Source of the DNA: Oculina patagonica
Lineage: Eukaryota
Assembly: GCF_052425735.1 (NCBI RefSeq)
Contig: NC_135758.1
Coordinates: 12,710,001 to 12,774,000, forward strand
DNA: 64,000 bases
Direction of reading: 5' to 3'
Positions 25,601 through 36,099 of this stretch are shown piece after piece. The notes beneath the pieces are model-generated. The model saw nothing but the letters and a program-made list of their open reading frames with translations, had not been told where the DNA came from and searched no databases. A program made the position numbers and the translations under genes. Positions within the stretch are counted from its first letter, which is position 1. The number at the start of each line of letters is the position of its first letter.

Positions 25601-28594
25601 AGAGGGTCATTAGTTGTGTAGACACAAGGAATACCTCAGTTAACGAAAGCTTCTGTAAACACAGAACAAAGCCACCAATGACTGAACCATGTTTTGCTGG
25701 TTCCTGCAAGGCTGACTGGGTTGTAAGCCACAAGTGGTCACAAGTGAGTGTTTGTATTAAAACAAAAAACAAATCGTGAAGTGATTGCTATGCTAAGACG
25801 ACTGCATATCAGCAACCAGACTTAGTCTCGTCACTTTTTCCCCTTATTAAGAGTGCGTTCCTTTGGGATGATCGGATCAGGATCAATGATCCGAGATCAC
25901 TCGGGTAATGGTGCATTCAAAGGTACCGATGGACCGGTGTCAAGAGCAGATTCATTGGTTCCTTTTGTGCATCATGATTTGAGTGATCTTATCGGATCAT
26001 TGATCCTGATCCGGATCATACCAAAGGAACGAACCCCTAGCTCAGTCGAACCTTCTGTAAATTGGCACCCTTGGGTCTTTCCTTTCCGTTTGGCCCACTT
26101 AGTCTATTCTGCCCATTCAGTCCATTAAACTAGTCAACGATACATTGGTTCTGCACATTCTTTTCATCATCCATTCGCATGTGCACATCTTTTGAACCGC
26201 CCATTAACCCGTTGTCAACTCAATCCATTCTTTCCCTTCGTTTTACTTAGTTCAGCCTGCTAACTCCAAATTACTTCTCTTTACACACAGTGTTCAGTGC
26301 CTTGTGGTAGAGGACAACAAAGTCGACAAGTATTCTGTGGAAGAAAAGGAGGTGATGCCCTTCAGTCAGACAAATGTTCCCATGTCAAGAAACCAAGCTC
26401 CACCAGGCCATGTAACAATGGAAAATGTCAGGCAGTCTGGGTAGCATCAGAGTGGAGCAAGGTTAAAACAGTAACCATTGGTTGACAATGATGAACATAT
26501 TATTTTGGTGTTTTTTTTGTTTTTGCTTTACTTATCAGTATCAAACAAGGCAAGTTAATCTGTCGAGAGGTCAGCAATAACGTTATTTTAAAGTATTCAG
26601 ACAGTGAGTGCGCGATGCAGTCGTTGCGTCACATAGCCCACAAATGACCACTGCTCACCACTAGAGTTCTCAGTAGCTCAGTGGTTAGAGCTTCCGACTA
26701 GTGTACGGAAGGTCGTGGGTTCAAATCCCATCTGTTCATATTCTCCACACATCATTCCATAATTATTATTATTAAAGTATTCAATGTTGTATTCAAAAGC
26801 CACTTGGTGAACTTTATCGTTTCTTTCGGTACCGAATCGAAAAAAAGTGTAACTTTTGCAGTTGTGCATGGTGGAACCGGAGGAAACACGTTTTAGTTCA
26901 GTCAATCAAGCTTTTGTACATGACGATGAAACACAAATTTGAACTCCTAAACCAGTGCACACCTTAACGCTGTTTTACATTCACCTTACAGTGTTCAGTT
27001 GAGTGTGGAACAGGGACTCAATTCAGAACGGTGTTCTGTGCAGGGGAGGTTGGTGGCATGTACCAGGAATTTCCAGACGAGTCTTGTCCACGCAACTCTA
27101 AGCCAACAACAGTTCAATCGTGTGGAAACAACTCATGTGCGCCACAGTGGTTCACTACAAAGTGGGGAAAGGTACACTTCAACTGTTTAATCTCTGTGTT
27201 TTCTTTATAAGTGTCCTTTAGTTCTGAATATGTTTGCCAGTTAAAAGCATTTGGCGCACGGCCCCAAACCGAAAAATACACCCTATTCAAGGGAAGGAGA
27301 AGCGTTCCGTGACGACCCAAAAGCGGCAACCGCGCACGGCCAAACACAAATCTTTATAAAATCGTTACTAATACGAACGGGATCAGTTTTAAGATGCCTT
27401 TTTCGTTTATCTGGGCGTTAAAAGCTGAAGAAAAGGACCCATCTAAGGATCACACCAGGAACAAAATGCCAAAAGGACCAAAAATGATACCCTATTTAAG
27501 GACCGAAAACCTCAAAAAACCATACCCTAACGGGCGGCACATACTTATATAGCCCATATATGGGAGTACCCCCCCCCCCCCCCGGGACAATTTCCCATGA
27601 CAAAAAGAAGAGATGCATCTTCAGCTACTACTACCTATCTACAAAATGTACGCGTAACTTCCAAACCCCGCGGCGGAGGAAGAAGCGATTTAGGAAATAA
27701 AAATATTAAGTTGGCAAAGACAAAAATAGAGTAACAATAAATACAAGCGAAAAATGACTAAGCCCAAGCTAAGGAGGAGCAGCGCCTGTCTGCATCACTA
27801 CAGGGCAAGGTAGAGTCCCATTCTGTTACTATGTTTCCGGAAGGTAGACAATTTAAGGCACCGCCGCTGGAAAGGAAGCATTACAAAGTATCATCTCCTT
27901 GCAACTTCTGAGATAAATATAAAGTGTGGAGGTTTCATGTATACATACACATGTACATACTTCGCACCTTCCTGACAAAGCAGTGTGCATAAGTCGTGCT
28001 CGCATCTTTGATATACACTGTGGGAGTACCCCACTAAGGAAGATCCGACATAATCCACGAACAACATCTTCACGGTAATCGGTGTCAAAAGTAATCAGTG
28101 GTGACGTTTCTTTTAGTGTATCATAAAAGTTCTCTTGAAGAGAATTCAAAGATTCTTTTTACAAGTGAAATTTGATTGGCCAAAATGCAAATGTTTTCTT
28201 TTTGGACCGTCATTTCAGCATATTTTACGTGATGGCCAATTACATGTACATGTAGAAGTTTAACGTGCTACAGTACGACATATTTTAAACTTGTACTTCC
28301 ATCCATCTTTTTCAGTGTTCCAGATCATGTGGTGGCGGTACCCAGACACGAGACGTTATGTGCCTGGACCGAAATGGGCAAGTGTCTAAAGAGTGCCACT
28401 CCAAGAACAAACCATATCACTATCAACGCTGTAGTAACACGCCTTGCCCTACATCAACTGCACAAGTAAAAGGACAACAGAACTGTAGAGACTCTTACAG
28501 CGGCAATGTGTGCATGTATGTTATACAAGCCAACTTCTGCCAGTTTTCACATTACCGAAGAATGTGTTGCAACAGTTGTGCAAGAAGGCACTGA
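13646..28594 (+). CDS. ADAMTS-like secreted ECM protein (ADAMTSL4/THSD4-like): signal peptide, TSR1, Cys-rich, spacer, 6 further TSRs, PLAC; ~761 aa after correcting a 1-nt frameshift
   Basis: Hand-spliced GT-AG coding exons: 13646-13714 (MWIVLLWTALLGLISQCATQSFQ signal peptide), 16054-16151 (WGPWSDWTPCTQSCGGG), 16698-16803, 20505-20628, 21104-21240 (CELNC..DGTPC..CIDGTC), 21607-21718, 22253-22339 (IPAGATNINV), 22889-23064 (YYINGNW..AGPTSEDL spacer), 23726-23944 (frameshifted), 24591-24720, 25115-25337, 25570-25743, 26291-26461, 26992-27171, 28316-28594 (PLAC, CCNSC, stop). Intron phases are all consistent except at exon 9. No metalloprotease domain. Confidence 0.92.
18834..19100 (+). CDS. Candidate alternative first coding exon (own signal peptide) of the ADAMTS-like gene
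   Basis: ATG in GCAATGG context, hydrophobic signal-like MANVNPGLLMIVLLSAVGCRA, 89 open codons, then GAA|GTAGGT donor at 19100/19101 in phase 0, matching the phase-0 acceptor at 20505. Confidence 0.55.
24055..24160 (-). mobile_element. Degraded copy of the same SINE family
   Basis: AAAAACCCGGAGA..GGACGAAAACCAACA..AACTCA..CCACA matches 60785-60850. Confidence 0.55.
25851..26037. mobile_element. MITE (PIF/Harbinger-like ends)
   Basis: Inverted arms CGTTCCTTTGGGATGATCGGATCAGGATCAATGATCC / GGATCATTGATCCTGATCCGGATCATACCAAAGGAACG. Confidence 0.7.
26664..26734 (+). mobile_element. tRNA-derived SINE head / tRNA-like sequence
   Basis: TAGCTCAGTGGTTAGAGC (A box/D arm) ... GGTTCAAATCC (B box/T arm); no convincing acceptor stem. 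Confidence 0.55.
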
Positions 28595-29874
28595 AATGGA
28601 CAAAGTGGATTGACTTGTGTCTGCAAAGCATCTACTTGGCATGTACATGTACATTTCAAATGATTGGTTATTTGTACATCTGTGAAGCAGATTGACTATA
28701 GAGAGGAGAATCGATAACAGAGCGATATATACACAGAAGCTTATGAAAGAGAAAAAAGCTCTAAAAGATCATTTGAACATTGTTACCATGAAAAAAAGAA
28801 CTAAACAGTGCTGTCTTTACAGCCGAGACTTCAAGCCATTATATTATCCAGCCACAGCCCAATATACTGCAATAATCAGCCTTCACACAGAAGGGAACAA
28901 CCTATTATATATTCCTACGAAACCAATAGGTCATTGCAAAAGACTTTTAAGCAAGGTCATGAGGAGCCAACCAAGTGAAAGACACTACCATACAACCCGA
29001 TCAAGCTCAGCAAACAAGATATTTATTATTTGGAAGAAAAAAATTTAGCCAAACTCTTTTCTGACTTTATTTTTAAAACAAGTTCTGCAAAATGTAGGCT
29101 TGCTTGCGGTCGTTCTTCCTTTTATGGACTAAATGTTCCATTAATTTGCAGAACACGTTAATCCGTCTTCTCATCGAGGTAAAACAGGTTTTTTTTTTTT
29201 TTTCAACCAAAAACGCTATGTTGCATCCTAAGGTTTGTTAGTTTGTCATTGGTTTGGTTTTCAATGCAAGAGATACATGAACGGCAGTAATAATAACTTG
29301 GTTGGAACTTCCCAATTATAAAAAGTTTCAGCGTCTTGATGAAAGTTGAACGTGGTTTTACCGAGCACCCTGTCCCCACAGACCTCTGCCAAGTAATGAT
29401 TTATAACTTATTAACCACCAACACAACGTATATATCTAGTTCTATGTAAAAATGACAGTGTCCTAAAATGTCTGTGCCTGTTTTCACTTTTAAGGTACAG
29501 TATACACTGAAGACGTACATGTTCTTTGCACCACAGCAGAGCTGTTAAAAAAGCTCTCTCTTGAAATGATTTACAAATAAAATGAAACTCCAGTAAGAAA
29601 TTGTCTCATATAGAATATAAGTTTACATGTAGCGCATACAACCGTCTCTCATCGATGCGATGAGGAGAGGCGCATTTGCATTTGATGAAAACTTTAAAAT
29701 AAAATGCAAAACAAGGACACAAACAGAAACTTCAACAAGATTTTGAGCCCATCCACAGTAAGAAAATGTCTCACAGATGTAGAATGTTAGTTTACATGTA
29801 GAGGCTAGCCAGTGGATACAGCCGCCTGTATTTGCAGGCTATGTAGAGGTTGTCTCCTTAAAACAGCGTATGTA

Positions 29875-30124
29875 TATATGTCTGAATTTATCAAAACCAG
29901 GTCAAGGAAATTTCACCGTTTTAAGCGCAAATCGCTGTAAACGCGTTTCCGCCAGAAACATCTCCAAACCGATGATATAAAAACTAAAGGGAATGTCAGT
30001 CCTCTCTCCCTCTCTCCTACCTTCAGCGTGTTTCTTTTCCCCTCTGTGGCCTAAGCCACGCGGAAACGTACTTGTCAAGAATACTGACGTCACTCTTGAC
30101 CCGGTTGATAAATTCAGACATATA
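29875..30124. mobile_element. TIR element/MITE downstream of the ADAMTS-like stop
   Basis: TATATGTCTGAATTTATCAA...GGTCAAG versus CTTGACCCGGTTGATAAATTCAGACATATA. Confidence 0.7.
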
Positions 30125-30624
30125 TGCAGTTCTATCTATTAAATAGTAAAAAAGAAGAGAAAGAAGTACAGAAACAAAACTGAGCAAGAGATAGTGTACA
30201 TGTACATGTACTGTATACTCAATCAGTTTATTCTTATGGTTTATTTTGAGAAACAGAAAGGGTTTTCAGTTCAATTCTGGTCAGATGTGGAAAATTAACA
30301 ATAGATTCATATTACAATACATGAACTGTAGGTCGTTTTAAGTTCTTTTAAACAAGTTGTAGTCATTATATTAGTTTTATTCCATTAAAGCAATCTGTTT
30401 GAGGGACACTGTACAGTAATGTATATTACATATTATTACCTTTCTTATGAAATAAAAAAATAAATGACACTGAATGCCTCAATAGTGCAGTTTTCTATAA
30501 TTATAATTTTGACAAAATGGTTTGCATACAGTATTTGGGATATAAAATATTAAGGTGTCTTCAGCATGCACTTGTCCTCATCCTCTTGGTAATAAAATGA
30601 GCTGGTTCTGCCATTCTTCTTTGT

Positions 30625-30704
30625 AAATCAAGATATTTTGTACCTCCAACTCTTGACTGTCCCACAATTGGGGTTTTATCAAAAGTCTTCATGATCCTTG
30701 ATTC
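30625..30704 (-). promoter_or_regulatory. SECIS element (type II) in the 3' UTR of the C18orf32-like gene
   Basis: Minus strand: helix I AAUCAAGG (30703-30696) pairs with UCUUGAUU (30633-30626). Core AUGAA (30692-30688) faces GGAG (30647-30644). The 10-bp helix II GACUUUUGAU/GUCAAGAGUU is fully paired with WC and GU pairs. Unpaired AAAA at 30677-30674, then an apical CCC...GGG minihelix. Confidence 0.88.
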
Positions 30705-30767
30705 GCAAAGATTTCCCAGATGGACTTGACAAGTTGATATGCAGGTGCACTTGATTATTACAAGTTC

Positions 30768-30851
30768 CTATTCAGACTTTGCATGGCCATCTACTGTAAC
30801 CTCTTTAGCAGGCGAAACATCCGCTTTTAGATCACCATTGGGTAGTAACTC
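30768..30851 (-). CDS. C18orf32: C18orf32/UPF0729-like protein, exon 2 (terminal)
   Basis: Acceptor tttttctcttactcag|GAG in phase 0; encodes ELLPNGDLKADVSPAKEVTVDGHAKSE then TAG. Total protein 74 aa, close to the ~76 aa I recall for human C18orf32. Confidence 0.78.
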   Translation of the reverse strand, partial: ELLPNGDLKADVSPAKEVTVDGHAKSE

Positions 30852-31462
30852 CTGAGTAAGAGAAAAATTCTTGTAAACAAGTAAAGTATACTCCTGACTA
30901 CTTTTACTTCAGTCAGATTTAGTAGCTTGGTACCTTATTGTGCAAAATATATACAACAACTTAATATTTACAAGTTGGGATCATTTTGTGTAATATTTCC
31001 TTTATAAGATAAGCTACTGTGGTTTTTTTTTTCAAAGCATCATATTTTCACTATTTAAAAAAATAATAATACATGTATACAAAAATTTCTTAACAGATAA
31101 TAATTATTAGTAACAGTGAGTAAAAGTCATCGTAGTCAATACATCAAGTACTCAGGAAAGAAAGGGAGTGAACACATGTAAACTGTTTACAAGGAAAGTA
31201 AAAGAGATCTGAAAATAAAACATAATTTAATTCCATAGACACTACTCTGGAACAAACCCCTTTTGTTCAGGGCATGTTCAGGGTTTTCATTAAGTTTTTA
31301 AGTATGTAGGAGGGGACCAATCGGTGAGTAGCAGGCAGAAAAGATTTTGACTTTAGTTCAGTGAAAGTAAGCAGGTACTACAGCTGTAACTGTTGTGTAC
31401 CCTGGTATTGGTACCCGTGTCCCACCTTCTAATGAGAACTCTGAAAACTGTTGTCTTGGTAT

Positions 31463-31611
31463 TGTGCTGTTCCAGAAAATATCTATACCCCTCCCAAAGA
31501 AGGTTAGGCTCCATACTTTCCTTTAAAAGTTTTGGCTTTTAAGAACCGCCATCCCCTCAGAATTTCCAGTGAACTTCCATGGGCTGGGTATGGATATTTT
31601 TGAAACTGCAC
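31463..31611. mobile_element. Short MITE in the C18orf32-like intron
   Basis: TGTGCTGTTCCAGAAAATATCTATACCC / GGGTATGGATATTTTTGAAACTGCACA imperfect TIRs. Confidence 0.6.
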
Positions 31612-32260
31612 AATCTCAATGAAGAACAAACTCTGACATAATAAATTCTGCTTGCAACGAACACATTTTGTGCTCCCAATGCTAAATTTCTTGCACATTT
31701 TATTGGCCATTACAAACATTGACATTAAAACCAGTAGAGTGTTCTTACATTGTATGCATTGCTGGGTGCATATAACTATATATAAAGATGACCAACTAGT
31801 TGGCATTAATTTTGGCAAGCAGCCTGATAAAACCTGATTTATGCTGTATTGTTGCATGTGTTAAAACAGCCAGACACCTCCACTATAACGAACATTTTGT
31901 TAACAACACCACTTAGCAGATGTTCGCTATATCTGAATCATGACACAACGAACATGGGATAAAAACACTGTCCCTCATTAGACAGTATCACCATGTATTT
32001 TTACATGTATGTACCTCTGTCTCAATCTATAGGTACATGGGAGGTGTGCACACATGGCAACTATATAACTTGCTTGACCAAATAACTAACCAAACAAAAA
32101 TACTGCTTTTTTGTACTCGTCTGAGTAAAGTTGAAAAAAAAAATTATATATAAATTAAAAACAAATAATTATTATTTGGTCGGATTTCGTAGAGGGGCAC
32201 TATACAGTGTATCCCTACATTACTCTCAGTAAGTACTGCAATGAATTTGTAAAGAACAGG

Positions 32261-35158
32261 CAGTGCTCGACACTAACTTTTTTGGATACTAGGCAATTGG
32301 CTAGTAAGTACAAATAATCACTAACCCCGATCAAACCGGTTACATCAAAAACCGGTATATTGGTGAAAATGTTCGTTTAATTTCTGACATCATGAATTAC
32401 ACAGACGAGAACAACATTCCTGGAATCGCCCTTTTTATAGACTTCAAGAAAGCTTTCGATACCATTGAATGGGAATTTATTAACAGCTGCCTTAAAAAAT
32501 TCAATTTCGGACCTGACATTCAAAATTGGGTCAAAATTTTTTATAACAATGTTTCAAGCTGCATTCTCAATAATGGATTCGCATCAGAATTTTTCACCGT
32601 AGAAAGAGGTGTAAGACAAGGTTGTCCCTTGTCCGGACTATTGTTCGTAATTGGCATAGAAATACTCGCGAGAGCAATTAAAAACGATACCACCATAAAA
32701 GGCATCAATGTAGGTGAGAAAGAAATTAAAGTTTCTCTATATGCAGATGATACCACTGTTTTTGTATGTGACCTGGATTCTGTTGACCACCTGCTAACTC
32801 TACTTGATAAGTTCAAAAACCTCTCCGGCTTAGAAATTAACACCACAAAGTCTGAAGGAATGTGGCTTGGTCAATGGAAAAATAATGCCGAAACTCCTTT
32901 TGGCTTCCGCTGGCCCCAATAAAAGCTCTTGGTATTTTCTTTTCTTATGACACAAATAAAACTAACGAGTTAAACTTTGCAGAGAAAATCCGAAACTTAG
33001 AAAAGACGCTTAACAGTTGGAAAAGAAGAAATTTAACACTTTACGGGAAAATAAACATTGTTAAAACTTTTGGACTTTCTAAATTAATCTATAACGCCTC
33101 TGTTCTTGTCATCCCAGAAAAATTTATCAAAGAGATCGAGAAATTAATATTCAACTTTATTTGGGATGGAAAACCCGCAAAGATAAAAAAATCAACTATC
33201 ATCGGTGAGAAAAAACATGGCGGACTCAAGATGACTGATTTTGACATAATGAATAAAGCTTTAAAAGTCGCTTGGATACCACGTTTGCAAACCAGAACTG
33301 ACGCATCCTGGAAGATTATCCCCGAGATTGCGTTGGAAAATTATGGAGGACTGTCTTTTCTGACACACTGCAATTATGATATCAATTCCCTGCAACTTAA
33401 CCGCCTCCCAAGTTTCTATCACGAAGTCTTAAAACATTGGCAAAGCACAAAACAACCTTTTCAAAACGTTACATCTCCACACAATGAAATAATTTGGAAT
33501 AACCGCAACATAAAAATCGAAGGCAAAACACCTTTTTATAAAAACTGGTTCGAAAAAAATATTCTACGTATTAAAGACCTTCTTCAAGACGACGGTAATT
33601 TCCTTTCTTTTAATCAATTCTCCGAAAAATTTCATCTTGAAACACCTTTCACTTTATATTTCGGATTGATAAATTGCATTCCGTCGAATTGGAAATTAGC
33701 AATAAAAAGAAATCCCCGGCAAATGCCGGAAAATGAAAATACAACTAATCAAATCTCTACCAAAACCGTCTACTCCGTTATGATAAAAAACGCCTTTTTA
33801 CCCCCCACCGCTGAAGGCAAAATCTTAAGGTATGGTTTTAATCCAGCAAACATAAACAGAGTTTATGAATTACCTTTCCAGATAAAAAATGACATTAAGA
33901 TATCAATGTTTCAATTCAAGATTATTCATAATATTCTTCCAACAAAGGTTAGCCTTTTTAAGGCCAAAATATCGGATAATGACATATGCCCTCAATGTCT
34001 CACTGACAGACATTCTTTAGATCACATGTTTTTGCACTGTCCTTCAACTTTAGCTTTTTGGAAGTTATTTCAAAATTGGTGGTCCAGCAAAACTAAAGAA
34101 AATATTACCTTATTAAACTCTATGATTTTATATGGAATTTTTGACAACAAGATTCACATGTACGATTTAAACTACACGCTTCTTATTGCTAAGTACACCA
34201 TATACTGTAAAAGCTTACACGAAGAAAAATTATGTTTCAACAGCTTTCTCGCACTCTTAATGGACAAACTTAATATACAAAGAGAAATTGCCATACAAAA
34301 TAACAGTCTTAATAAGTTCAATCAAACATACGGAAATCTCTTGTAATTTTTTTTTTTCTTTTATATTTTTTCCTTTTTTTTTTTTTCTCTGTGCATTATT
34401 CTTTTTTTTTAAAAAAAAAAAAAAACTAAATTCTTTTGTCGTAACTTGTTTTTTTTTCATTGTAACTAAATATGATAGTTATATGCATTGTTCAGAAAAA
34501 ATTATAATCTCAAGTAGCTGATCTCAATATCCTGTAAAACGCTTCTGTTATATGTACGCTGTATGGTCTATTGTAACTTAATCTTGTAAATACTATCAAC
34601 ACTAATAAAAAATAAAAAAATAAAAAAATAATAATCACTAGCCCACAAGGACAAATCACTAGCCCCACCTCCACCCCTTTAAAAGAAAATTTAAAAAAAA
34701 CGAGTTTGAATCAGCTAATCTCTTAGCGCTATATTTGTTTGAGTCCACACAAGTACAACTTTTCTTCACTGAGTCGCAGCAACGATGCTATCTTCCAACT
34801 CAGTTGAGAATTTCTTGACTGTGGATTTTGTCCCAGGTCCCTTTTGAGTGTCATGGAAGTGAGGACAGAGGGTCTTTTCCAAGATGGCGTCAGGTTTGCG
34901 AGTTGATCGTACGATATAAACCCGTATGCGATGTAGGTCGCAAGCCCTCTTAGTTATCTGGTTTAAATTACTTAAGCTATGGAAACTAGATCCTGATGAA
35001 GGTTTCTAGAGAATAACTTCCCAAGTTATAGAGTTTTAGTTAATTTATTTTTCCACGAATCTCACTAGTCTATGGGCTAGTAGGATCGTACTTTTACTAG
35101 CCAAGCATGAAATTTTATTAGTCCTGGGCTAGTGTACTAGCGTTAGTGTCGAGCACTG
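32261..35158. mobile_element. Non-autonomous TIR DNA transposon with 5-bp TSD (hAT5-like), interrupted by a LINE
   Basis: Perfect 17-bp TIRs CAGTGCTCGACACTAAC (32261-32277) / GTTAGTGTCGAGCACTG (35142-35158); flanking ACAGG at 32256-32260 and 35159-35163. Confidence 0.85.
32324..34629 (+). mobile_element. 5'-truncated L1/Tx1-clade non-LTR retrotransposon (ORF2 RT and C-terminal zinc finger), frameshifted
   Basis: PDQTGY..DFKKAFD..GVRQGCPLS..YADD; frameshift near 32918; CPQC..H...HC motif; A-rich tail 34604-34629; 11-bp TSD AATAATCACTA at 32313-32323 and 34630-34640. Confidence 0.93.
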
Positions 35159-35822
35159 ACAGGGATGATTTGTATGCTGATATCAGGGTTACAATGCATG
35201 TAAAAATAGTGTAGGGTTTATCAAACATTAATAATTATTGAATCAATCTGCAATTAAATTTGTCCTCTTGGAAATGTGCCATAAATGTAAAATATTTGGG
35301 GGTTTTCCTGAAAGACTATGCGACATTTCAGAGCATGAAATGAGAGCAGGACCTGAACGTGTACATGCATGTGATCACAGAATAATACAAATTTTATGGT
35401 GTTAAAACGTACATGTATGTTTATCTGCAATTATTATCAACTATTAAAACTGCTTATTTCATGCATTTGTGGGCACTAAAACGTTTTGAAAAGGATATAA
35501 AAAAGTTCATTAACAGATTTGATTTTAAAGAATTCAACAATCATTCCAAAGGCCAATATAAATAATATCTACCACATCATTGCCATAATTAAGTTTAACT
35601 TTAACCACGTATGATGAAATTTATTAAACTTGTCGCTACGTGTAGTTCAATCACGCATGATTTTCAGTATAAGCATTGTTGTTTGCACACAAGAATTAGT
35701 TAATCGTAGTCAGAATTCAGTGTAAATTCTAAAAAAGAAATAAGCACAGTTATAAGCCTTTCTGCCAAGATTAAAGCTTTTTACAAAGCCAATATATCTT
35801 CAGTGAACGTGACGAATCTTAC

Positions 35823-35963
35823 CTTTTCGTCTGATTTTAGTTTATCATCTGTTTTGCCACTTTCGAGTTTCGGTTTTCCATACCATCTGTCGATCAGCGG
35901 CTGAATGAACTTGTGCCAGATAAACAGAAATACTGGCACAAGTATACACGATATTCATACCAT
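35823..35963 (-). CDS. C18orf32: C18orf32/UPF0729-like small membrane protein, exon 1, with in-frame TGA (putative Sec) at codon 3
   Basis: Minus strand reads cttcaaaATG GTA TGA ATA TCG TGT ATA CTT GTG CCA..., i.e. MV(U)ISCILVPVFLFIWHKFIQPLIDRWYGKPKLESGKTDDKLKSDEK, then an AAG|GTAAGA donor. This matches the family N-terminus as I recall it (human [22 protein letters not shown]). Confidence 0.88.
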
Positions 35964-36099
35964 TTTGAAGAAAGAAAAACGCTTTTTCCCTCTCAACGAA
36001 AAAACTTCACAACGTTTCCTGTATCTCTGCTTCTTTTGACTGAAAACAGGCGACAACGCATGCTCTTTACTCGACGCCGAAATCAACGCGGGCTCAGTA
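35964..36099. promoter_or_regulatory. Bidirectional promoter / 5' UTR region between head-to-head genes
   Basis: Only 136 bp separate the minus-strand ATG (35963) from the plus-strand ATG (36100); the region is locally CpG-enriched. Confidence 0.7.

Noticed and set aside
26664-26734. Functional tRNA gene
   Set aside because: A and B boxes are present but the acceptor stem does not pair convincingly; it looks like a SINE head.
35955-35957. TGA as a simple nonsense mutation (pseudogene)
   Set aside because: Disfavoured, not excluded: it falls exactly on the conserved Cys, the rest of the gene and splice sites are intact, and a canonical SECIS follows.
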